64,000 bases of DNA from Eledone cirrhosa (taxonomy: Eukaryota): positions 406,162,001-406,226,000 of the forward strand of contig OZ024741.1 in the NCBI GenBank assembly GCA_964016885.1, read 5' to 3'. Below, one piece after another: positions 13,133-25,034 of this stretch. The stretch's first letter is position 1; every line of letters begins with the position of its first letter. Both the position numbers and the translations under genes were made by a program. The notes beneath the pieces are model-generated. The model had not been told where the DNA came from. It worked only from the letters and a program-made list of their open reading frames with translations, and did not search any database.

Positions 13133-13964
13133 ATACAGGCGTGTTTGTGTTCAGCCTTTAGTTGCCTTTCTTTTGTGTCCAAAAGCTGGACAGACATACA
13201 GAGAGACATCGAGGACAACTCTTGTTTTTATTCACTTCAAGAAAATATTTTAGTATCTTCAGCAGTTGTTGCAGACACCAATTTTTTTCATAAACAAACA
13301 ACTAAACGACTTTTAGAATTATCGAAACAAAATAAAGAAATGAAATATTAGATAATATAGAAATTGTTATACTTACTATATCTTTCGATCTCTCTTCAAT
13401 TAATCGAGAAGATTTCGATTTCGTTAAAGAAGAAATTGAACAGTATAAATTGGTAGACATGACCAAAATAACTCTACAAAGCACTGTGTGAACGTCGCTT
13501 GATTCCCGGTACTAGTTCTACTAGTCGCCATCAGTGATTCTAGTTGCTGCTAAGCAGTGTGAATGTCTACTGGTGTTCAACTGAACAATCACAAACGTTG
13601 AACTCAACTGAACTCACTAACGAACTGTATATTAATTTATTGTTGAACTCGACAGTTGTGTGGTTCTTCTGAAACGATAAAGTTTAGAATTCAGTTGAGC
13701 ATCTAAGCGATAATTGTATTTCTGGAATATATCATCGAAATACAGTTTAATAGAAAAAGAAGAATGGAATGTAAAATAGGAAGATATAAAGAAAAAAGAA
13801 AAAGAAATCCGGAAAAGGGAGGGAATGGCAAGGACTCTAGTGTCACGGGGGATTATTGGGCTCTGGGCCTAGGGCGTTGTGGTAAAGAGGTTGCTCCCCA
13901 CGGACAAGACCGTGGACAATGGCCAGCGACACATTTCTCGTCTTAGAATTTTAATTTGACATTG

Positions 13965-14057
13965 CACACATACACACACACACACACATACATACACACA
14001 TACACACACACACATACATACATACACACATACATACACATACATACACACATATAC

Positions 14058-14091
<34 letters not shown>

Positions 14092-14170
14092 CTACGTACA
14101 TACACATACACACATACACACACATAAATACACATACATACATACATACATACACATACACACACATACA
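13965..14170. repeat. (CA)n/(CATA)n microsatellite
   Basis: Direct reading. Confidence 0.95.
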
Positions 14171-14469
14171 GGCATGTATGTATGGTCCCGTAACTCCTGA
14201 TGGAGTCGTAATCTAAAGTTTTACACCAAAAAGGAAGAGCCCGGAGATCTGGTGCTTAACTCTGGTTTCATAGTATTTAGTAGAGGCAGGAATGGCTGAA
14301 TGGTGAAATATTTGTCCATAAAAACTAGATGATGTAAGACAGAACAAAAGACAGATACCAAGAAACAGCAAAAGAAGCGACTGAGGTGGTCACAGAATGT
14401 GTGACGAAAGAGCTTTGGCAATAAACAAATAAACAAACGTACATAATTAAATTTGTCACGTATATACAT

Positions 14470-14870
14470 AACATATGTAAAATATACTCTATATATATTT
14501 ACATATATATAATATACTCTCTATATATGTATAATATACTCTATATATTATACATTTACATATGTATAACATACTCTCTATATATTTACATATGTATAAG
14601 ATACTCTATATATATTTACATATGTATAATATACTCTCTATACATTTACATATGTATAATATACTCTCTATATATTTACATATGTATAAGATACTCTCTA
14701 TATATTTACATATGTATAAGATACTCTATATATATTTACATATATATAATATACTCTCTATATACATAACATATATATAATATACTCTATATATACATAA
14801 CATATATATAATACTCTCTATATATTTACATATGTATCAGATACTCTATATATATTTACATAAGTATAAG
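14470..14870. repeat. 30-bp AT-rich minisatellite
   Basis: Unit tatatatttacatatgtataa(t/g)atactctc, about 13 copies. Confidence 0.9.
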
Positions 14871-15433
14871 ATATTTTTACGATCTCTTTTCATTTAGATG
14901 TTATTTATATTCGTGACAAATTTAATTACATATAATTAATAAATACTGCTCCTAATTAATGGTGAGCTGATTCGACGACCTGTATTGACTGCTATGTCTA
15001 GCGGCGTTAGAGGCCTGTCTTTTTGTCCGTTTACACTAATATTTACTTCTTTAGTAGGTTCACGTATGTGTGTGATATCATTTTTAATTTCATTGTATCG
15101 CGCTGGTTGTAGAACATGAATCTCTCTTAACAGCTATCTATTATTTGTTCTTATACGATACTGAAAAACCCTCTGAATACGAATTGGTTTTGGTAATGAT
15201 GACCATATCGATATATTGTTATGGTTTGATTAATTCTCCAATTCAGAAACTGTAAATACAGTCGAAGAATTTGATCTGTTAATGATGGCCATCTCAAGCT
15301 ATTGAAGTGGTCTGACTTATTTATTTTTCAATTTACTGTTTTTGTGGTCAGGGATTTTGGTCAGGTTCCTTGAGGTTGTGTATATCTCTAGGGAACGGTA
15401 TCTTATCGACTCTTCAATGAGAAGTATAAAATA

Positions 15434-15529
<96 letters not shown>

Positions 15530-15599
15530 ACACATATGTACATTTGTTTCTCGAAGTACACCTATACATACATACATACATACACATATATATATACAT

Positions 15600-15648
<49 letters not shown>

Positions 15649-15951
15649 GGAGTCGCGACCCCGATGGCTGCGTTATTGTCCTTTCAGCGGTTAGTTTCAG
15701 ACCCTGTTAAGTAATGGTCTAATCAGCTTCAAACTGAATCCGTCCTGATTTTTATATATATATATATATATAAGTTTATCCCGGGTTCATTCGGGGGTAA
15801 CTACACTAAGTAAGGTACTCAATACATACCAGAGTATAAATATTTAATATAGAAAGGCTTCTACAGGACTAGAACCGTTTCATTCGGGAGAAATCATCAG
15901 GATGCCTGCTAATTTCTCCCGAATGAAACAGTTCTAGTTCTGTAGAAGCCT

Positions 15952-16003
<52 letters not shown>

Positions 16004-17493
16004 AGGTGTACTTCGAGAAACAAATCACCAATAATATATCGAAGACGGACTGCACTCTATATCTTACCCCATGTTGCTAATTTCTATTGAATTTCCACAA
16101 TATCGACCAATAACATTGAATAACAATCATAAAACCCTGTCAACAATCGTAATATATTTCTTGTTTAATAAATCTAATGTTTTACCAATCTTCAATTATG
16201 GAATGACATCTTTAATATTAATTCCAGAACATCTTAGATTAATAGTGTGTTTTATACGATCTTAGTAAACAAATGTTTCACACTAAACCATTTAATGTAA
16301 AGAGACAACGGTTCTCTGGGAAACCTCTTTGTGTTAGATCATCTTCAGTGTTTGTAAACAATTGTAGTTTTGTTTTATATTTGGTTTTGGTTTTTTTTTG
16401 TGAGGTTTTTTCCGGGGCCTGACCTACCGCTTCCTCTTTGCATTGGCCTCCGTTGAGACCTCTGGCGGCCTTCGTCCCTTTATTGCTGATTCACTTTATA
16501 AGATCGGAAAGACGGCGGCTCGCTTAAGGAGGGAACCCCGAGAAGTGAGGTGACTGTTGCAGCATGTGTTTCTGGGGCCATTACCGCGATAACACCTTTG
16601 CCCTTTTACCCGTGGGGCGCGGCTGAAATACCGCTCAGACTGGGGTGTAGTGTCTGTCCCTCTTGCTCTCCCTTCTTTTCTTCTTTTTCTTTTCTTCTTT
16701 TTCTTCTTTTCATTTTCTTATTTCCTTCCTTTTCTCTTCCCTTTAAAAGTGTGTTTTATCTTTTCGACATATTGCTCAATAATTTCTATGTAATCATATC
16801 CTAGAAATAAGAGTGTTACTTCCCTCACCATTTATTGTTAGGCTGTGACTTAGTTAAAAGACGGAGCATCAGAGATTTCAGAGGATTTGTTTGTCAATTC
16901 ACTGCCTTGTAGCAAGATTATAATAAGTTAAATCCGTCCAATATTTGATTGGAACTTCATCTTATTCGTCCCCGGGAGAATGAAATTAAAAGTTGATTTT
17001 GACAGGATTTTAACTCGTGAAGAGCAGTAATCAAATGGGTTTCTCTTAAACGAAGTTTAGTATAGAAGACGATCTTCTTTAAAGAGAACTACAGCAATGC
17101 CAATATGACATTAATTAACTTTACCTTTCATCCTTACGGGGTCGATAAAATAAGTACCAGTAACACACTGGGTAATTGCTGGCCTTGTGCCAAAAGTAGA
17201 AACAATTAAATGTTAAAAATAACGATAATAATATTGTTGTCTGTAGATCTCTAGAACAACTCATTTTCCTACACTTTCTACAATACTTCAAAGAAACTAC
17301 AACACTATCTGGGGTTTGATAGCACAGAATTGCGGCCTTTTACGTTCTGAGTTCAAATCCTGCCGAGATTATTTCGTGCTCGATAAAATAAAGCACCAGT
17401 AACGCTCTGGCGTAGATTTAATCGACTTTACTAACCCCCCACAAACAATTCTTGGCCTTGTATGTAAATCAGGAACCATTCTTTTCATCCTTA

Positions 17494-18369
17494 TCTATAT
17501 ATATAAAACTGTGGTTGTCTGTCTGTCTATCGATTTTTGGCACACATCTCCTCTTAGAATCTGTCACGGAATTGCACCGAAATTGCTATACTTGTACATT
17601 GAGCCCTAGCGAAGACATCGGAAAAAAAAATTTCAAATTGACCCACCCTATGTGACGAAATCGAATATAATGTATCGATTTTTGAGCGTAAGTGATCAGT
17701 TATTTCCCTTTGTTCTGTTTACATTGAGCGTCTTACGTAAAAAATTACGCTGGCTTTAACAGTTGTCGAGCCAGCAAAATATTGACCTGCAAAATTCATC
17801 AGTTCGAACACTAAGCTTCCGTTTTGCTTCATTTCCATTTAAAAGCATTTTAAAACAATATTTTTACTTGAAAACAAGTCTATTTAAAGACTACGTAAAA
17901 CAAGCAAATATTTCGTCGTTAGGCGTGCAGACAGACAGTCGTGCAGACAGACAGTCGTGCAGAGAGGTGATATACGAGTGCAGACAGATAGTCGTGCAGA
18001 GAGGTGATATAGGCGTGCAGACAGACAGTCGTGCAGAGAGGTGATATAGGCGTGCAGACAGACATAACTGATAATTTGGTTACGCTAATGTTTTTCTCTG
18101 CGTTGCAGTGTTTACATTTTCGATCTTTGTTAATAAATAACCATAGCAGTTTCTATCCCCAGCATCCTCTTTTGTTATAACATTCGGGTTATCGTTATGT
18201 TTTCTTAACTTCATAAGGCATATTGTTGGTTGAGGGAATATTAATCAAAAACACCACATGCAAGTCTGCACAGTAGACACTACAGTTTTTAAGCCAAAAA
18301 AGAAACTTAACATTGTAACTTTAACACAGCTACTGAGCGACCCCGAGCAACGCCGGGCTTTACTGCTAG
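17494..18369 (+). mobile_element. Non-autonomous Helitron copy 1, inserted into a SINE
   Basis: 5' TC, 3' hairpin cccgagcaacgccggg then CTAG; removing it restores the SINE sequence catccttA|Tgaggtcgataaaataaag (A^T insertion, no TSD). Confidence 0.9.
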
Positions 18370-18541
18370 TGAGGTCGATAAAATAAAGCACCAGTAATGT
18401 ACTGGGTCAGTTTAATCTACGTTCCCCTCCCCTCCATGGTCATTTTTGAAGTTCAGGCGAAGGTCTACATTTTTAAGAAAATAATATATTCAATGCAAGC
18501 AATTTATCTAATTGAAAGTTTATTACTGTTGAATATATTTA

Positions 18542-19740
18542 TCTATATATATAAAACTGAGGTTGTCTGTCTGTCTATCGATTTTTGGCACACATCTCCT
18601 CTTAGAATCTCTCACGGAATTGCACCGAAATTGCTATACTTGTACATTGAGCCCTAGCGAAGACATCGGAAAAAAAATATTTCAAATTGACCCGCCCTAT
18701 CTGACGAAATCGAATATAATGTATCGATTTTTTAGCGTAAGTGATGAGTTATTTCCCTTTGTTCTGTTTACATTCAGCGTAGCCTCTTACGTTCTCTTTA
18801 CATTTTCTGCGTGCAAAAATTAAAAAAATTACGCTGGCAAAAATTAAAAAAATTACGCTGGCTTTCTCAGCGTTTAAAATGACATTAACACAATACACGA
18901 ACAGTTGTCGAGCCAGCAAAATTTTGACCTGCAAAATTCATCAGTTCGAACACTAAGCTTCCGTTTTGCTTCATTTCCATTTAAAAGCCTTTTAAAACAA
19001 TATTTTTACTTGAAAACAAGTCTATTTAAAGACTACGTAAAACAAGCAAATATTTCGTAAAAAAAAGCAAAAATTATATAAGTTTATTTAAAATATATGT
19101 ATCTGTAAATTTCGTTAGGCGTGCAGACAGACAGTCGTGCAGACAGACAGTCGTGCAGAGAGGTGATATACGCGTGCAGACAGACAGTCGTGCAGAGAGG
19201 TGATATAGGCGTGCAGACAGACAGTCATGCAGAGAGGTGATATAGGCGTGCAGACAGACAGTCATGCAGAGAGGTGATATAGGCGATTATTTCCCTTTTA
19301 TGGAATGAGCAGACGATTAGCGAATGTGCAGACGATTAAGTAAATCTTTAGTAGAGTGAATTGGAATCTCCAGTTTGTTTAATAGCTTCATTTGCACTGT
19401 ACTGCCTTTGTATGCTACAACGCTTTAAAAGTTCGGCGAGTTCATTACTTCGTAAGTTATTGATATTTATTTTTTTATTACGACGGTTAGCAAACTTTCC
19501 CTATTAAACGTTTAAATTAATTTTACGGTCTTATAAGGCTGAATTTACTTTAATTCGGGTTATCGTTATGTTTTCTTAACTTCATAAGGCATATTGTTGG
19601 TTGAGGGAATATTAATCAAAAACACCACATGCAAGTCTGCACAGTAGACACTACAGTTTTTCAGCCAAAAAAGAAACTTAACATTGTAACTTTAACACAG
19701 CTACTGAGCGACCCCGAGCAACGCCGGGCTTTACTGCTAG
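18542..19740 (+). mobile_element. Non-autonomous Helitron copy 2
   Basis: Same 5' (tctatatatataaaactg..gtctgtctgtct) and 3' (cccgagcaacgccgggctttactgCTAG) ends as copy 1, with a different internal segment. Confidence 0.9.
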
Positions 19741-20311
19741 TATGTGATATATTACGATATATGTTTATGATATGTGATATATTACGATATATACTTATGA
19801 TGTAGGATATATTGCGATAAATAGGTATTTATGATACGTGACATAGTATGATATATATTTGTGATATGTGATATATTACGATATATATTTATGATATGTG
19901 ATATATTACGATATAGGATATATTGCGATAAATAGGTATTTATGATATGTGATATATTACGATATATATTTATGATATGATGTATTACGATATATAGGTA
20001 TTTATGATATGTGATATATTACGATATATATTTATATGAGATATATTACGATATATATTTATGATATGATATACTACGATATATAATATGTGATATACTA
20101 TGATATATATTATATGTGCTGTATTATGATATATATTTATGATATATATTATGATATATCATGAAAAATATTATATGTGATATATTATAATATATGTTAT
20201 GATATATGATATATCATGATAAATATTATATGTGATATATTATGATATATATTATATGTGATATATTACGATATATATATGTGATGTATAATGATATATA
20301 TTATGATATAT
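19741..20311. repeat. Degenerate ~27-bp AT-rich minisatellite
   Basis: Recurring tgatatgtgatatattacgatatatattta. Confidence 0.85.
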
Positions 20312-21439
20312 ACAGAGTCTTCCTCAATTTCCTGTATCATTTATTGCTTCAACAGCTTTGTTTAGGAGATTGTAATGTTTTACAAAGATTAGTTAATCGT
20401 TCAAGTCCTAAATCTCCCTTACAAACTTAACATGATGTTCATTCTGTTTACCTTGACATTGTAACCTCACCAATTTAAAGGGGACGTTTTGCTATCAGAC
20501 CATCTGTAGTCAGTGATTCGCTCAATTTAACGCCACAAATCAACCAACATTTCCTTGATCCTACGTTGATCCTACGTTGATCCTACGTTGATCCCGATGA
20601 TTTCAATATTGAGCTGTATATCCACATAGTACTTATTTATAGGTAACTAAACAAAACCGGCGAGATTTAAATATGGGATCCCTCACAACACAGGATATGA
20701 ATCGTAACCTTGCCCTTATTGACCCAACACGCCCACGCACTATTCACTATTGATCAACATTTAGATATCACAAAGAAACGAATGTTATTTATAACTGATT
20801 GTTGGGTAAAGTAACGATCAATCATTAAAAGATTATTAAGTGATAATCAGATAAGAATCTACGATTTGTTTCTAACAAACAAAATTCGATTATGAAAGAT
20901 GTTTTGTATCGGCCATATTGTTTTAATAACAGTTGAATACTATCAAGAGTATTGGCCTTGAATTCAAAGTTCAGCTCAAGTTTATCTCACTTATCATCTA
21001 AATATCCACTTGGAACTGATTAGTGAGTTAATTAAAAATACTCGTGGTTATCGCAGTGTCTTTAATTATATAAATCACAGTAGCGGAAGAATAATGAATT
21101 TCTAACCTGTTACAGGTAAAAATAGTAACATGGCCCTTAACACCTAACGGAATCGTAAGGGCGCTGTTGGGAAACACGGCGTGTCTTGGATATGTTTAAC
21201 CCAGGCAGAGCCCAATATTTACCAGCTCGGGAAAGAGAGGATTTCTTTCAAGGAAAGAAAGAGAAAGAAATGTTAATGGAGGAACCGATTCCAATATAAG
21301 ACTGGTATTTTATTTAGCGGCCTCACAAGAATAGCCAATCCTTGAATCTCCCCACAGATGCATGCAGAATGGTTATCTAGACTAAACACAAGTTTACTCT
21401 AGTAACTGAGAAGACCAAGAGAAAGGCTCTGGCTGAGAA

Positions 21440-21687
21440 AATGCTGGAGAAGGTGGAAAACAATCTACATTTTCAAAATCTGTTGCGAATCTCTGATGAA
21501 GCCCACTCTAACTTAGAGAGAGACAATCAACTCTAAGAACGTGTTCTGGAGTCAGAGAAACCTTCTGAAATAGTTGCAATATTTCTCCACTCGACTGAAC
21601 ATACGATCTGGTGTGCCATTTCAGAAAGAGGGTTGATTGGTCCATTCTTCTTCGAAGAAAATAATGTCATTGCTATACTCACTAAGG
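21440..21687 (+). pseudogene. Tc1/mariner-superfamily transposase relic
   Basis: Translates, with frameshifts, to MLEKVENNLHFQNLLRISDEAH...INSKNVFW...LHSTEHTIWCAISERGLIGPFFFE, matching the SDEAHF...VWC..S..GIIGPFFF pattern of the catalytic domain. Confidence 0.75.
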
Positions 21688-22104
21688 TTATATGTATATG
21701 TATTTATATTAAACCATGTCGAAGTGTGTGTACATATATATTATTTAGGTTTAAATGTTTAACGACAGCAACAGTTGACTGTTAAAATGACAAGTCAGTC
21801 AATCATATTGTTGACCTCCCCACAACCCCGGCGGACAGAATGGAGAAGGCGTTTCCCCGGATGACGGCAAGGGAGACGCGCTGGAAAAGCCATTCCAACT
21901 CGCGAAAGTCTTCAAAAGGGAACTACAGATCATGTACCCTTCTCTAATGAATAAGTTCTGGGAAGAGAGAGGATAAACTGGAGATGGGCTATTGGTAGTT
22001 TTATAGATTTAGCATAGATGAGGGAAAGGGCAGAGATGAGCGGAGGGAAGAGACAATTGGCACCAGCATGGAGAGTCATTCACCCTTCCGTTGGCAGATA
22101 CTAA

Positions 22105-22196
22105 TGATGATGATGATGACGATTATGATGATGATGATGATGACGATGATGATGATGATGATGATGACAATGATGACGATGACAATGACAATGATG
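22105..22196. repeat. (GAT)n/(GAC)n microsatellite
   Basis: Direct reading. Confidence 0.9.
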
Positions 22197-22385
22197 AATG
22201 TGACTACATCATACAATACAATATAAATTATAATTAGTATTGATTTCTTTTATTTATTGTCTTCGTACAAGATCCTAAATATAAATAGTAGGTAGGCAAT
22301 ATAACCGATTAGATCATATCTTCGATATCATTGGCTGTTGTTAACTCTTCAAAGATAATACGGAATAAAACTTAAATTGTCTGAA

Positions 22386-23750
22386 AATATGTGGCAGAAA
22401 TGTTTGGGGTTCTCACGCCTCTATAAGTAAAGGATATATGGCAGGCAAGTTTGGGGTTCTCACGCCTCTATAAGTAAAGAAGATATGGCAGACATGTTTG
22501 GGGTTCTCACGCCTCTATAAGTAAAGAAGATATGGCAGGCAAGATTGGGGTTCTCACGCCTCTATAAGTAAAGAAGATATGGCAGGCAAGTTTGGGGTTC
22601 TCACGCCTCTATAAGTAAAGAAGATATGGCAGACATGTTTGGGGTTCTCACGCCTCTATAAGTAAAGAAGATATGGCAGGCAAGATTGGGGTTCTCACGC
22701 CTCTATAAGTAAAGAAGATATGGCAGGCAAGATTGGGGTTCTCACGCCTCTATAAGTAAAGAAGATATGGCAGACATGTTTGGGGTTCTCACGCCTCTAT
22801 AAGTAAAGAAGATATGGCAGACATGTTTGGGGTTCTCACGCCTCTATAAGTAAAGGATATATGGCAGGCATGTTTGTGGTTCTCACGCCTCTATAAGTAA
22901 AGAAGATATGGCAGACATGTTTGGGGTTCTCACGCCTCTATAAGTAAAGGATATATGGCAGGCAAGTTTGGGGTTCTCACGCCTCTATAAGTAAAGAAGA
23001 TATGGCAGACATGTTTGGGGTTCTCACGCCTCTATAAGTAAAGAAGATATGGCAGGCAAGATTGGGGTTCTCACGCCTCTATAAGTAAAGAAGATATGGC
23101 AGGCAAGTTTGGGGTTCTCACGCCTCTATAAGTAAAGAAGATATGGCAGACATGTTTGGGGTTCTCACGCCTCTATAAGTAAAGAAGATATGGCAGACAT
23201 GTTTGGGGTTCTCACGCCTCTATAAGTAAAGGATATATGGCAGGCATGTTTGTGGTTCTCACGCCTCTATAAGTAAAGAAGATATGGCAGACATGTTTGG
23301 GGTTCTCACGCCTCTATAAGTAAAGGATATATGGCAGGCAAGTTTGGGGTTCTCACGCCTCTATAAGTAAAGAAGATATGGCAGGCAAGATTGGGGTTCT
23401 CACGCCTCTATAAGTAAAGAAGATATGGCAGGCAAGTTTGGGGTTCTCACGCCTCTATAAGTAAAGAAGATATGGCAGACATGTTTGGGGTTCTCACGCC
23501 TCTATAAGTAAAGAAGATATGGCAGACATGTTTGGGGTTCTCACGCCTCTATAAGTAAAGGATATATGGCAGGCATGTTTGTGGTTCTCACGCCTCTATA
23601 AGTAAAGAAGATATGGCAGACATGTTTGGCGTTCTCACGCCTCTATAAGTAAAGGATATATGGCAGGCAAGTTTGGGGTTCTCACGCCTCTATAAGTAAA
23701 GAAGATATGGCAGACATGTATGGGGTTCTCACGCCTCTATAAGTAAAGAA
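22386..23750. repeat. 47-bp minisatellite, about 29 copies
   Basis: Unit gaagatatggcagacatgtttggggttctcacgcctctataagtaaa with a few recurring variants and no spacers. Confidence 0.95.
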
Positions 23751-23898
23751 ACAACGGTTAAATTCGATCTCATTGAATTTACTGTTTCAAAAACAGTAAC
23801 AGATTCTTTGTAATAATTGTTTCTACGTTTGGCACAAGGCAGAATTACTCAGTACATTACTCGTACTTTATTTCTTCTTCTTCTTCTTCTTCTTCTTC

Positions 23899-23965
<67 letters not shown>

Positions 23966-23968
<3 letters not shown>

Positions 23969-24496
23969 CGTGAGGATTGCCCCGCCCTCCTCCTTTAGCC
24001 GGGAAGGGCAGGCAGTTTTTATCTGTCTGGTGGCCATGGCGAAAGAGATAGTATGGTGGACACGTTTGAAAGGGCTGAAGACGAGCACTTACCTCTTCGG
24101 TGATGCTCTGATTGACTTTTTCAAATTTCATTTGTAAAGGAAAATCAGAGTAGAGAGGGAAGTGCTCTCTTCCCAGCATTTTGTTGAAAGATGGGTGAGA
24201 GAAGCAAGAATGGCCCGAGTGAATGGACCTACTCTGAGTATATATCTGTAAATTAAAGGTGGAAAACTGGGAGAGGGCACTTGCCTTGGTGGTCAGGGTC
24301 ATTGTGGCTTTTACTGGGCTTTCTCCACAAATGTCCCTCCGAAGTCTCCCCCCTATTGGGGAATTTTTCATTGTTTTTTTGTTACATCCTCTGTTTTTGT
24401 TTTTTACACGCACAAATGCCCATTTGTACCGTCCTGCATTGTCCTGCACTGTCCTTAATGTCTACTTTATGTAAACCCTTGTGGTTAATAAAGAAA

Positions 24497-24498
<2 letters not shown>
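23966..24498 (+). mobile_element. 5'-truncated Tx1-clade LINE (ORF2 C-terminus and 3'UTR)
   Basis: Matches 48479-49025; flanked by (TTA)n on both sides; AATAAA at 24487. Confidence 0.92.
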
Positions 24499-24552
<54 letters not shown>

Positions 24553-24567
24553 GTTATTATTATTATT

Positions 24568-24980
24568 CCTTGAATCAGTCATTGATGTTAGTTAACTGGA
24601 AAGTCCGTTGGAATGAATATCAAGCCACTACCTGCAGCCTCAGATATTCAGGACGTATCGGAGGGTTCTTGCTGTTCCCAGCAAGCATGCCTTTTGAAGC
24701 GTTCCAAAAAGCGTGAAGGGGCCGATTTTCTTTAACCATCCCTGGAAACTTTTGGAGATAGTCCCCAATGCGCCTAAGACAATCGGGATCACTTTGACTT
24801 CATCGCAGTTCCAAATCCTTTTTACCTCGCACTTTAAGTCCTGGTATCGGTCAATTTTCTCCCTCTCCTTCTCTTGCACTCTCGTGTCGAATGGGCAGGC
24901 CACATCCACAATGAGACAAGATCTTTTTTCTTTGTCCACAACCACCAGGTCAGGTCTATTGTGTTCCAGTTTCTTGTCCG
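24568..24980 (-). mobile_element. 5'-truncated R4/Dong-like element, family B (RLE domain)
   Basis: HNRPDLVVVD...IVDVACP...KIDRYQDL...PIVLGALG restriction-like endonuclease; between (TTA)n blocks. Confidence 0.88.

Positions 24981-25034
<54 letters not shown>

Noticed and set aside
16410-16800. GC-richer patch followed by a pyrimidine tract, possibly an exon or a LINE 3' end
   Set aside because: No recognisable motif or supportable splice structure; cannot be classified without a search.
22386-23750. CRISPR-like regular repeat
   Set aside because: Units are contiguous with no unique spacers, no cas genes, eukaryotic context.
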